Virus record (IMG/VR): IMGVR_UViG_3300037127_000016
Location: 1 to 42,857 of that record
Reading direction: 5' to 3' (one strand)
Length of the DNA stretch: 42,857 nt
DNA from: a virus
Taxonomy: Duplodnaviria; Caudoviricetes
Under the pieces are notes generated by a model. It was given only the letters and a program-made list of their open reading frames with translations, searched no databases and had not been told where the DNA came from. Shown here in pieces: positions 26,595 through 34,944 of the stretch; positions within the stretch are counted from its first letter, which is position 1; the number at the start of each line of letters is the position of its first letter. The position numbers and the translations under genes were made by a program.

Positions 26595-27360
26595 ACCAGC
26601 ATATCAGAGCAAATCCGCAATCATGGCGGCACTCGGGTGCAGCAAGCACACACTAGACGCCGCGATCAAGGCTGGCAAGATCAAGAAGCGCCAAGCGAAG
26701 GGACAGAAGCACGCGAAGTATCACATAGGCGATGCGCGTGCATGGCTGGAGGACAACCCGTCGCGAAAGTACACGAAGCTGGACGCGTCCGAGGTGACGC
26801 TCGCCGAGGCCGCCATGTTCCTCGGGCTCGTCGAGCGCTCGGTGCGGCAACATGTATCTAGCGGATTCTACGAGCTCACATGGGCGAGCCTGAAGGCATA
26901 CAAGGCCGAGAAGGATGCCGGGATCGCGAAGACCGACCCGCGCCAGGATCGGAGCGATATCGCTATCGCTTTGGAGCTGGACCGAAAGCGAGCAGACCTG
27001 GCAAAAAAGCGCGCCGAGGCCGATATGGCCAGGCGGAAGAACGCGCGCGAACAGGGAGACACCTGCAGCCGATCACAGGTTCGGGCGGCATTCGCTCGCC
27101 TGGCAGCAATCCGGGTCGCGAGTGAACAACGGCTACTGCAGCAGCTCGTGATCCACCTCGTGCAGGAGCTACTCCGTGCAGGTATCGGGGTCGGCCGGGA
27201 GCAGGATGTCGCCGGTATAATCCGGTCTGTTGGCGCTCGCGAGATCCAGACCCTTCGTGATGACGATGTGGCCGCTCTCCAGAACCAGGAAGGTCTACCG
27301 GGTCTGGTGGACGAGGCTCGGCGGCTCGCGGCGACTCTGGCAGCATACAGGGTGTCATGA
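26587..27360 (+). CDS. Putative terminase small subunit (Nu1-like) with two HTH repeats
   Basis: SKSAIMAALGCSKHTL...GKI...YHIGDARAWL, a second HTH TLAEAAMFLGLVERSVRQ, then a Nu1-type coiled coil KKRAEADMARRKNAREQGDTCSRSQV. Confidence 0.68.
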   Translation: MAEPAYQSKSAIMAALGCSKHTLDAAIKAGKIKKRQAKGQKHAKYHIGDARAWLEDNPSRKYTKLDASEVTLAEAAMFLGLVERSVRQHVSSGFYELTWASLKAYKAEKDAGIAKTDPRQDRSDIAIALELDRKRADLAKKRAEADMARRKNAREQGDTCSRSQVRAAFARLAAIRVASEQRLLQQLVIHLVQELLRAGIGVGREQDVAGIIRSVGAREIQTLRDDDVAALQNQEGLPGLVDEARRLAATLAAYRVS

Positions 27361-27527
27361 TGGCAATTATCGAAAACCTGCTGGCACTCCTCGCGATCTG
27401 GTACTACCACCGCTGGTGGTGGCGTGTCATCCGTGACCGAAAACCGCCCATAGACATCACACATGCCGAATTGTTCAAGGAATACCGCAAATGGCGACCA
27501 GATCGCGATGAGAAGTATCGACCATGA
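27357..27527 (+). CDS. Small membrane-associated protein, 56 aa
   Basis: ATGA-coupled to TerS; MMAIIENLLALLAIWYYHRWWWRVIRDRK...; below the track cut-off. Confidence 0.5.
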   Translation: MMAIIENLLALLAIWYYHRWWWRVIRDRKPPIDITHAELFKEYRKWRPDRDEKYRP

Positions 27528-27697
27528 ACCAGCTCCAGTTGCCCATCGCCCTTGACCCTCGGCCAGAGACGCGACCAGCGCTACCGTGGCTAGAGGAACA
27601 AGCCGCATGGTGTGCGACCCCGCCGGGGTACCAGTGCCTATATGGCGTCGATGATGCTGGGCGGTTCGTGGCGTTCTATTTCGTGGTGCACGGGTGA
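27524..27697 (+). CDS. Small hypothetical protein, 57 aa
   Basis: ATGA-coupled; MNQLQLPIALDPRPETRPALPWLEEQAAWCATPPGYQCLYGVDDAGRFVAFYFVVHG*. Confidence 0.5.
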   Translation: MNQLQLPIALDPRPETRPALPWLEEQAAWCATPPGYQCLYGVDDAGRFVAFYFVVHG

Positions 27698-27787
27698 CGG
27701 CGCGTGACCTGGCCGGTGCGCGCGGGCAGCTTGGGTTGTTCGCATGAGTCACACCGACCTGTACATAACCGAAAAGGATGAACAAAC

Positions 27788-28618
27788 ATGACACTTGAAA
27801 AACCGACCGAGATCCGCTCACGAGACATCACACAGGAACAGCACCCGCGCTGGCAGTGGTCACCTGACCGTGAACCGCGCGAGTGGCGCGAAACCACCGA
27901 TCGACCGGCGCTAGACTGGATCATGGGCCGCGATCGCGTGCTACGGCCAACGCCTGATGGTAGCGCGCGAAATGCCGCCGCTCTGGCCGTGGCGCAACGC
28001 CAGGGCTTGGTTGAGATGGTAGAGGCTTCATTTATCGACCATCCCCCGCGCTCGCTGTCGGACAAGGAGCGGGGGATGCTTCGCGCAGTCATGACCTCGC
28101 AGGCTATCGAGTGGAGTGGATGGCACGGCCGATTCCGTGGCGAGTGGAACGGTCACAAGGTGTATGCAGAGGAGTGGACGTGCACGGTGGGTGACCACCC
28201 GGAGATTACAATCCCGGCCGGTGACCCGCTGTTCGACGAGTGGGTCGGCTTCTGGCTGCGCCTGGGCCGACAGAGCGCGGGCCATATGCTTTATCAAGCG
28301 TCGCAAGCGGATGCCGACCAGTGCAACTGCGACCAGGCGCGTGAGCTGATGTGCCAATTCGACCGCTTGGCCCAATATTCACGTGGCATGGAGGCAGACT
28401 TGAACGGACAGGTCGAACAATTGGAGCGCGAGGCCGAGCAGCTCCGGGCGAACAATCAGGCGTTGCGCGACGAGCTGGCAGATCTCACACGCAGGTACGA
28501 CGATGCGGTCACGCAAGCCGCGCGCGCGATTTCGAGCTGGGTGGTCGCACAACGTCAAGTGGACGAGTTGCGCGCACAGCTCGCCTGCCATCGTCGCCGA
28601 CCTGGAGGACGACCATGA
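27788..28618 (+). CDS. Hypothetical protein with a C-terminal coiled coil
   Basis: AAGGA RBS; 276 aa; coding-like codon bias. Confidence 0.7.
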   Translation: MTLEKPTEIRSRDITQEQHPRWQWSPDREPREWRETTDRPALDWIMGRDRVLRPTPDGSARNAAALAVAQRQGLVEMVEASFIDHPPRSLSDKERGMLRAVMTSQAIEWSGWHGRFRGEWNGHKVYAEEWTCTVGDHPEITIPAGDPLFDEWVGFWLRLGRQSAGHMLYQASQADADQCNCDQARELMCQFDRLAQYSRGMEADLNGQVEQLEREAEQLRANNQALRDELADLTRRYDDAVTQAARAISSWVVAQRQVDELRAQLACHRRRPGGRP

Positions 28619-29196
28619 GTAGCGAACTGCCGCCGTATGGCCTCACGCTTCTGGCCCCCTGGTGGGCGTGTATTCTGTGGGCCGGCAAGAATGTCGAGAA
28701 TCGTAGCAAGAGCGTGGCCAGCGCGGTCGGTGAGTACCGTGGTCGAGTGTTGCTCACCGCGTCCAAGGCGCACATTGGCAGGTCTGGCAAACGGCGAAAC
28801 TGGCTGACCGCATCGGGCCAGGTACACCCGGACATCGCTGACGACATCAGGGACAAGTACCGGGAGATCGGCGAGTTGGCGGCTTGCTGGCATCCTGACG
28901 CTCCGACACAGAATCTACGGTTTCTGGCCGACCACGCAGGCTGTGTTGTAGGTACGGCTCGGATTGCCGGAATCTACAAGCCGTGGCGCACAAACAAGCG
29001 GTGGCATTCGGCCGGACAGTACGGGATTTTGCTCGAGGATCCCAGGTACTGGGGCAAGCCCGAACCGGCGACCGGTGGCCTTGGGTTCTGGCGCGTCAAG
29101 CGGTGCGATCAGTGTGCTCGGATTGTTGCGCATGGTAGCCGGCACACGTGCGTAGGCGGTGAATCATGCCTGGCATGGATGAGCGGTGAATCATGA
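28615..29196 (+). CDS. ASCH-domain protein
   Basis: LTLLAPWWACILWAGKNVENRS...YRGRVLLTAS...GCVVGTARI...P..GGLGFW. Confidence 0.8.
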   Translation: MSSELPPYGLTLLAPWWACILWAGKNVENRSKSVASAVGEYRGRVLLTASKAHIGRSGKRRNWLTASGQVHPDIADDIRDKYREIGELAACWHPDAPTQNLRFLADHAGCVVGTARIAGIYKPWRTNKRWHSAGQYGILLEDPRYWGKPEPATGGLGFWRVKRCDQCARIVAHGSRHTCVGGESCLAWMSGES

Positions 29197-29441
29197 GCCT
29201 GTACAAACCGATCGCCGATCGCATACGACGGGCGAGAACCGCGCAGGAGATAGACCTGCAGACTCTCGCCGACGATTCGCAGGTGACTGTCGAACAACTG
29301 GCGAACCTGGAGGTCGGCGATCTACGCGCGATGACCGTCGGCGAGTTCCGCCGCGTCTGCCAGGAGCTGAGCACGGGCGCCGACTGGCTCCTGGATCTCC
29401 AGCCGGACCGGGACACCATGCGGCTGATCAAGAGCCGGTAG
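29193..29441 (+). CDS. XRE-family HTH regulator
   Basis: IADRIRRARTAQEIDLQTLA...LANLEVG...VCQELSTGADWLL. Confidence 0.85.
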   Translation: MSLYKPIADRIRRARTAQEIDLQTLADDSQVTVEQLANLEVGDLRAMTVGEFRRVCQELSTGADWLLDLQPDRDTMRLIKSR

Positions 29442-29862
29442 AGTCGCCCTCGGTTTCGTCGTCGATCCACCAGACGTCCCATGGCGCGGCGTACCAGCAG
29501 TGTAGATGACCGTTGCTATCACGCCGTGAGCAGCGCGGCTCACCCCGCTGCTCCTTGAACGCTTGCGCATCGGCGTAACGCTGGTCACGCCGCTGCCACT
29601 CGTAAGCGAGATTGCCGGACAAGAAGTTGTCGGCCCCATTGAAGAGATACGCCGCCAGTTGCCGGCACTCGCTCGCGCTGAGGTGGTCTTCGTCAAGCGA
29701 CATGACCGACATCCGACCAGACAGATCGAACGTGCCGATAGCTACAAGTTTGCTTCCACCGGGCAGCAAGTCGTCGGGCTCGCGCACGGTGTAGCGGCCA
29801 TCGCGCTCGAGGAAAAGTACATGCAGTGGAGTGGTGATCGTAATCTTGGATTTGGATTCCAT
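29428..29862 (-). CDS. Hypothetical protein
   Basis: AAGGA RBS with ATG at 29862. Confidence 0.65.
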   Translation of the reverse strand: MESKSKITITTPLHVLFLERDGRYTVREPDDLLPGGSKLVAIGTFDLSGRMSVMSLDEDHLSASECRQLAAYLFNGADNFLSGNLAYEWQRRDQRYADAQAFKEQRGEPRCSRRDSNGHLHCWYAAPWDVWWIDDETEGDSTGS

Positions 29863-29981
29863 GGTGTGTTCCTTGTCTGTCTGGTCATGGCGCCAGAGCG
29901 CCGGTGTGTGATGAGAAATCTCAGAAAACGCCCATGCCTTCGACGTTCTCACCGCGCGACATCAGCAGATCGGCGCCGACT

Positions 29982-30212
29982 TCACAATGACTCACAGCCC
30001 GTCTCGTCGGCTACCGGCACACACCGCCAGCGCCCGCCTATGCCGCGAATCAGGTCGCCGGGACTCACGCCCAGCCGTTGCGCTTCCAGTTGCAGGGCGA
30101 GCCACTCAGCGTCGCTGACGCGAACCTGGCGCGCCCGTCGCTTGATGCCCGAGGGAGGGCGACCAAGCTTGTTCCCTGGTCGCGGTACTCGTCTGCCACC
30201 TCGACCGCCCAT
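29982..30212 (-). CDS. Ribbon-helix-helix DNA-binding protein
   Basis: GGRR..GRPP basic arm, then RQVRVSDAEWLALQLEAQRLGVSPGDLIR. Confidence 0.7.
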   Translation of the reverse strand: MGGRGGRRVPRPGNKLGRPPSGIKRRARQVRVSDAEWLALQLEAQRLGVSPGDLIRGIGGRWRCVPVADETGCESL

Positions 30213-30955
30213 CACTCTGCTCGCGGAACGCGAATGCGCGGCCCGCGTCGCCAAGGTCTATCTTTCCGTGCGGACTCGTGCGGCACTACTGTGCACGTTG
30301 GCACGGGCGACCCCTGCTCGCGGTCGATACACGTCGCAAGGCATTGGTATGGCAGACCCCAGCATGGCGCCTTGTGATTCTCTTGGTTGCGACGCCGTGC
30401 GCTGATCACTCGGTCGCTGTGCTCTTGCATGCGCCCGTCCGGCGTATCGCTCACACATTGCTTGCGCAGAGCGGCGCAAGCCGAGAGACTCTCGCGCACT
30501 GGGATCCCTTGTCCTCGGAGATCCGATTTGCAGAGCGTCTCGAACTCGTAGCATGCATCAGATGACTGTACGATCCCGGCCCCACAGCCGACACACGCGA
30601 CCATCAAAGCGATCCCGACATATCGAAGCACGCGACCGTGCATCACCTTGGCCGCTCGCAGCGCATCGACGGCGCGGTTGCCGGCGCGGCGATAGTGGAA
30701 ATACCACCGCGACACGGCAAACGGTTCGATCACGATCTCGTCCAGTTCGCGTTGTATTTGGCTTGGAGATGTTTGCTCGATGTCCCGCTCTATTTCGCGA
30801 CCGAGGTCGTCGCGCAAGCAATGATCGGACAGTTCGGCATCTACCCGATTTATCTCAAATCGGTAGAAATACAGATTACGTGACCGTATCTCGTCCGGAT
30901 CATAGGTGCCGTCATCGTATGTGCTCATAATGTTGTCGATGTTGTTCAGGTTCAT
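30212..30955 (-). CDS. Membrane-anchored protein with an acidic N-domain and a Cys-rich C-domain
   Basis: Acidic N-terminus, internal hydrophobic VGIALMVACVGC segment, several paired cysteines. Confidence 0.6.
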   Translation of the reverse strand: MNLNNIDNIMSTYDDGTYDPDEIRSRNLYFYRFEINRVDAELSDHCLRDDLGREIERDIEQTSPSQIQRELDEIVIEPFAVSRWYFHYRRAGNRAVDALRAAKVMHGRVLRYVGIALMVACVGCGAGIVQSSDACYEFETLCKSDLRGQGIPVRESLSACAALRKQCVSDTPDGRMQEHSDRVISARRRNQENHKAPCWGLPYQCLATCIDREQGSPVPTCTVVPHESARKDRPWRRGPRIRVPRAE

Positions 30956-30990
30956 TTGTTATGTTTGCTCTGGTGGTGCAGATGGTGGTT

Positions 30991-31251
30991 TCAGTTCGCG
31001 CCCTGGAGCTGATCGGACAAGAATCCCCAATAGGCAGCTGTGGCTGCGTCGTCATCGCCGTCGACAATCCGTCGGATTGTCGCGCGCAAGGACGCGTCAG
31101 TGGCGTCGTCGTCGTCGAGAGTGCCGTAGTGCAGATCGATCGCGCCGAGGACTCGGCCCTCGAACTCGACCGGGTCGGTCTCGTAGGTCTCGCAGAGTGC
31201 GAGGTACTCGGCGCGTGCGTCGTCGGTAATGGTTGTCCTGGTGGTGTTCAT
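30991..31251 (-). CDS. Small acidic protein, 86 aa (19 D/E vs 6 R/K)
   Basis: AAGGAAG RBS with ATG at 31251. Confidence 0.7.
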   Translation of the reverse strand: MNTTRTTITDDARAEYLALCETYETDPVEFEGRVLGAIDLHYGTLDDDDATDASLRATIRRIVDGDDDAATAAYWGFLSDQLQGAN

Positions 31252-31300
31252 GGTCTGTCTTCCTTGTGTCAAGTGCGGACGCTCAAGAGCGTTTCGGCGT

Positions 31301-31445
31301 TCAGTCGTCGTGCATGGACTCCAGCAGCGCTCGGGCGCGGCGCTCACGTCGGCGCTGGCGCCAAGCACGGGCACGCGCCCGGCCAACAGCGCCCACGACA
31401 ACGCCCAGTCCAAACAGGAGCAGGCTCAAACAGGAGCAGGCTCAT
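31301..31445 (-). pseudogene. Small membrane protein gene frameshifted by a 16-bp tandem duplication
   Basis: Removing one AAACAGGAGCAGGCTC copy restores MSLLLFGLGVVVGAVGRARARAWRQRRRERRARALLESMHDD*. Confidence 0.55.
31412..31443. repeat. Perfect 2 x 16-bp tandem repeat
   Basis: AAACAGGAGCAGGCTC at 31412-27 and 31428-43. Confidence 0.95.
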
Positions 31446-31681
31446 CGCTCCTGCCAGTCGGCGATCGCGTCGTGTGCAGCGTCAACCGCGCGCTGGTTCG
31501 CCTGGCAGATCTCGCGGAACCAGTCATCACGCCAGTAGGCCATCTCGTCCGCGTCGTCGGTGTCCACCGACCCAAGGTCGAAATCGAAGTCGTCGACGCT
31601 GGTGCCGGGCAGTGGCAGGTAGCCGTGCAGATCGGCAGTCATGTTGTCGGTGTGCGAGCCAAAGTTGCTGATGTGGATCAT
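31442..31681 (-). CDS. Small acidic protein, 79 aa (18 D/E vs 4 R)
   Basis: GGAGA RBS with ATG at 31681; first gene after the promoter. Confidence 0.72.
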   Translation of the reverse strand: MIHISNFGSHTDNMTADLHGYLPLPGTSVDDFDFDLGSVDTDDADEMAYWRDDWFREICQANQRAVDAAHDAIADWQER

Positions 31682-31728
31682 GTTGTTCTCCGTAGTTTTT
31701 GTGGCGACCTCGTTGCCGCCATGTCCAC

Positions 31729-31772
31729 AAGGTACACACTGGCGTTTGCTTTGTCCACACAAAAAAGCAAAC
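31729..31772 (-). promoter_or_regulatory. Sigma70-like promoter with an inverted-repeat operator
   Basis: TGGACA-N17-TACCTT; the GTTTGCTTT...AAAGCAAAC inverted repeat brackets the -35 box. Confidence 0.62.
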
Positions 31773-31825
31773 ACACGTCGCTTTTCTTGCAAAGTCGCCG
31801 TAATCACACGGGAAAAACCAGCATA

Positions 31826-32248
31826 TCACCACGAGTCGTACCGACAATCCACTATCCCGACAGGCCCAAACCAGAACGAGTCCGGCCATGCGCCGACCTC
31901 CTGGCACGTCTGGTAACAGCCCGCGCACAGGATCTCCTGCATGGTGTGCGGCGCGCGGTCGAGGCACCGCTCAAAGTGCTGCGTGCAGTTATCGTCGCCG
32001 GAGGTGGTCGGCACATCCTGGGTCACACTGGCGACGTCGCTTGTCGCGTCGGCCGCCGTCTTGAGGGCGACCACGCCACCGACCGCCGTCGAGGTCAGCA
32101 GGACGTCGGCCGCGACCACGGTCCCGACGGTGGTGCCGGTCGCGGCCGCGGTCGCCGTGCCGGCGCCAGCGGCCAGGGGTGCAGCAGCCGGCGCAGCGCA
32201 AGCACTGAGGATCAGGAGAATCGCTGTGATTGAATATCGTGCAGTCAT
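31826..32248 (-). CDS. Lipoprotein with a Cys-rich C-terminal domain
   Basis: Signal peptide with lipobox LSAC, an Ala/Thr-rich hydrophobic stretch, and C...FERC...CAGCYQTC...G.WP...C.Y. Confidence 0.7.
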   Translation of the reverse strand: MTARYSITAILLILSACAAPAAAPLAAGAGTATAAATGTTVGTVVAADVLLTSTAVGGVVALKTAADATSDVASVTQDVPTTSGDDNCTQHFERCLDRAPHTMQEILCAGCYQTCQEVGAWPDSFWFGPVGIVDCRYDSW

Positions 32249-32277
32249 GGGCGGCAGCGTACCACCCAGGATTGACA

Positions 32278-33114
32278 CTACAGGTCAGCGAACCAGGTTG
32301 GATCGGCGTAGTTCAGATCGACATTCGCGGCGCCCTCGATACCTGGCACAGTCCCCTTGTCGGTGTACTGCCAGATTGACCAGTAGGGCCAGCCGGCGGC
32401 CAGCTCCGGCGGAGTCGTGAAGCTGCCCGAGTATCGCGGCGACCACAAGGCGTAGCGGCCAAGCTGGTGATCTGTCGCCAAGTCGCGGTCAACGATGCGC
32501 TTCGAGGTGTACACGGCCGGTTCGGGATCATCTCCGGCGAGCTGGTACCCGCGAATGGCGGCCGTCCACGTCTCGCACCAGGTCGTGTAGTCGCGCGCAG
32601 TCAGCGGCACTTCCTTCTCGATGTCGAGGACGAGCGGCATCCGTGCAGCTGGCAAACCTCGGATCACCTCCAGGAAGTGGTCGATCTGGGCATGAACATC
32701 GCCTCGCCCGGTCTCGTTCAACAGATCCGCAAAGTGGTAGTACCCGACCAGGAGACCCGCTTGAGCGGCACCATGGGCGTACTCCGCGAGCTTGGTATCG
32801 ACGTGTGTCCGTCCCTGGGTGGCCTTCAGCCATGCGAACCGGTAACCCGCCGCTCGTACCGCGGCCCAGTCCTCGACGGTCTCGTGGTGACTGACGTCGA
32901 TCCCGTGGACGTATTCCAGATCCATCGCCGCCAGCGTGGCCGGGCCGACCTTGCCATCACTGACCAGCCCGTTGTCTGACTGCCATTGCGCGACCGCGGT
33001 GGCCGTATATCGTCCGGGTATGCCATCGGGGGTCGTGCCCGCAATAACCTGGATCGCTTTCCAGTGCGGGACCTGGTAGGGCTGGGAAACGTTGTATTCG
33101 ACGGCTGTGCTCAT
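32278..33114 (-). CDS. Endolysin: peptidoglycan-binding domain plus GH25 muramidase
   Basis: PG-binding TAVAQWQSDNGLVSDGKVGPATLAAM; GH25 motifs GIDVSHH, KATQG, YHF, LDIE and WQYT..G.VPGI...VDLN. Confidence 0.92.
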   Translation of the reverse strand: MSTAVEYNVSQPYQVPHWKAIQVIAGTTPDGIPGRYTATAVAQWQSDNGLVSDGKVGPATLAAMDLEYVHGIDVSHHETVEDWAAVRAAGYRFAWLKATQGRTHVDTKLAEYAHGAAQAGLLVGYYHFADLLNETGRGDVHAQIDHFLEVIRGLPAARMPLVLDIEKEVPLTARDYTTWCETWTAAIRGYQLAGDDPEPAVYTSKRIVDRDLATDHQLGRYALWSPRYSGSFTTPPELAAGWPYWSIWQYTDKGTVPGIEGAANVDLNYADPTWFADL

Positions 33115-33122
33115 GCCTCAAC

Positions 33123-33413
33123 CTATGCTGGACGGTCGTCGGGCAGAACCCGCTCGACCTCTGCTGGCGGTAGCGGAATCACCGGATCGGGGTTTGCCGC
33201 TTGGTATGCCGCATGACGACTGATCCTCGTTTCCAGGGCTGCAACCGCTTGCGACTCGGTCATTGAGGATGAATGGTTGTGACCCGGCACCTTGACGCGG
33301 AATCGATTCTCTGGCCACAGCGGAGCCGGAAACTGTAGCCAATAGGCCAAGTAATCGGCCGGCTCCCACGCATGCTCGCCAGCGGATGTTGCTGGATATT
33401 CCCATGGATACAT
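33123..33413 (-). CDS. Hypothetical protein (possible fibre chaperone)
   Basis: GAGG RBS; lies between the distal tail genes and the lysin. Confidence 0.55.
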   Translation of the reverse strand: MYPWEYPATSAGEHAWEPADYLAYWLQFPAPLWPENRFRVKVPGHNHSSSMTESQAVAALETRISRHAAYQAANPDPVIPLPPAEVERVLPDDRPA

Positions 33414-33424
33414 GTTGCAGTCCT

Positions 33425-34042
33425 CTATGTCGTGAGATCGGAGAAGGGTTGGGCGTTGCCAGAGTACGCCTGCAAAAACCGGATTTTGTACGCGTCGACA
33501 CTGGTTACGGCAGGGTTGTCCGTTTCGATGTAGAACTCGACATTCAGGCCAGCAACATCGAAAGCACGCGCCAGCGCGCCGCCGGAAAACAAGATATCGG
33601 ATCCGCCGAGAACGCCGGGGTCAGAGAACGCGATCCAGGTGAACGTCACAAGCCCAGGGCCAGCAAATACGCCAGGAGGGCGCACCACGGCGAACAGGGT
33701 GAAGAGGATAGGAATCGTTTCATTTACGATCCCCTGTATCGATGGTATTCCGATGACTCGACCCAACGATGCGTCGAACTGCAGAAAAGCATTTCCAGGC
33801 CCGACGAAATTGTAAGCATCCGGCGGATTGCTCTGAACCGGGTCAATCTGCCAGATCGAGCCATCCAACGCCAAACCGCCGACTCCTGCAGGGATCTGCA
33901 GATTCAACGGCGGGGCCGCAATCATGCTCAGCTCGAAACCAGACTCCTGACCATTCAGGGCACGACGCACAAGCGCGTCGGACGTATTCCCGCGGATGCT
34001 ACTGCCGCGCCGGGCGAATCCAAGTCGTCGTAGTGGGCTCAT
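33425..34042 (-). CDS. Putative distal tail/virion protein
   Basis: ATGA-coupled within the tail operon; beta-rich. Confidence 0.55.
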   Translation of the reverse strand: MSPLRRLGFARRGSSIRGNTSDALVRRALNGQESGFELSMIAAPPLNLQIPAGVGGLALDGSIWQIDPVQSNPPDAYNFVGPGNAFLQFDASLGRVIGIPSIQGIVNETIPILFTLFAVVRPPGVFAGPGLVTFTWIAFSDPGVLGGSDILFSGGALARAFDVAGLNVEFYIETDNPAVTSVDAYKIRFLQAYSGNAQPFSDLTT

Positions 34043-34944
34043 TGTGGCGACTCCACGAGGTGCACACCGGCCAGGTGAGCGTATAGAGGTAGGGCGACAT
34101 TTCCCCAGATCGTCGGCCCAGCGGTTAGCTGCTCGTAGCCATTTGCGGTGTCCGCGAAAAGGCCATCGAGCTGAGGACCACGCCAGAATGCCGCAAGTGC
34201 AATCTGTGCGTTTTGGATCGCCAATGTGCCACTGCGACCAGCACCGAACGACACAGGACGCTGAGATGTGAGATTGCCAGACAGGGTCTCGCGTGGGCTG
34301 AACTCGGTTTCGTTCCCGAGCTGAATGGTTTGCGAGATCTTGTCGCGATACAGCACCTCGATGTGCCAGCGCCCACCCGGTTCCGTTCGGGTTTCGTCGT
34401 AGAATAGAGGCGCCGTCGTCATCGGCCCATCGGTAGGCGTCCGCCCAGTCGCGATCAGTCGTCCGTCGTTCGCCTGCAGGCCGACCTCCCAGCCTATGGG
34501 GGTGCCTTGGTTGTCTCGGGTGCTGATAGCGAAAGCGATACCTGACGGCGTATCCGGGTAGCGAGCGGCGAGAACTACCAGCGCAGATTCTGTGCCTATC
34601 TGGAAAATGCTCGGGTCCACCGCGTCGATACGGCTGTTTGTATTGGGCAGATAGAACAGTCCCCCGGCCAGTGGACTTTGTACATTCAGGCGCTGGTCGA
34701 GCGGGCTCACATTGAACACTGCGCCGTTGGATGCGATCAGCGACGTGCCCGATATCCGCTCGACCAGAGCATCGCCGAGAATCAGGCCTCCCAGCGGGGG
34801 CAGCGCAATAGGGTATTCCTGTCGCTCAGTGAGGAGGGATTGTATTGCTTGCTCCGGCGTCAGAGACGCGATCGGCGGAATCGGCGGCACGGAACTTGCT
34901 CCACCACTGTAGCCAAACGATGGGTTCCCATAGCCGATTGTCAT
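34039..34944 (-). CDS. Putative tail protein with a LamG/ConA-like jelly-roll
   Basis: GWEVGL, GGRWHIEVLYRD and SFGAG...QIALAAFW pattern; located after the baseplate genes. Confidence 0.55.
   Translation of the reverse strand: MTIGYGNPSFGYSGGASSVPPIPPIASLTPEQAIQSLLTERQEYPIALPPLGGLILGDALVERISGTSLIASNGAVFNVSPLDQRLNVQSPLAGGLFYLPNTNSRIDAVDPSIFQIGTESALVVLAARYPDTPSGIAFAISTRDNQGTPIGWEVGLQANDGRLIATGRTPTDGPMTTAPLFYDETRTEPGGRWHIEVLYRDKISQTIQLGNETEFSPRETLSGNLTSQRPVSFGAGRSGTLAIQNAQIALAAFWRGPQLDGLFADTANGYEQLTAGPTIWGNVALPLYAHLAGVHLVESPQ

Noticed and set aside
26868-27821. 317-aa minus-strand ORF
   Set aside because: Shadow of TerS and the two microproteins.
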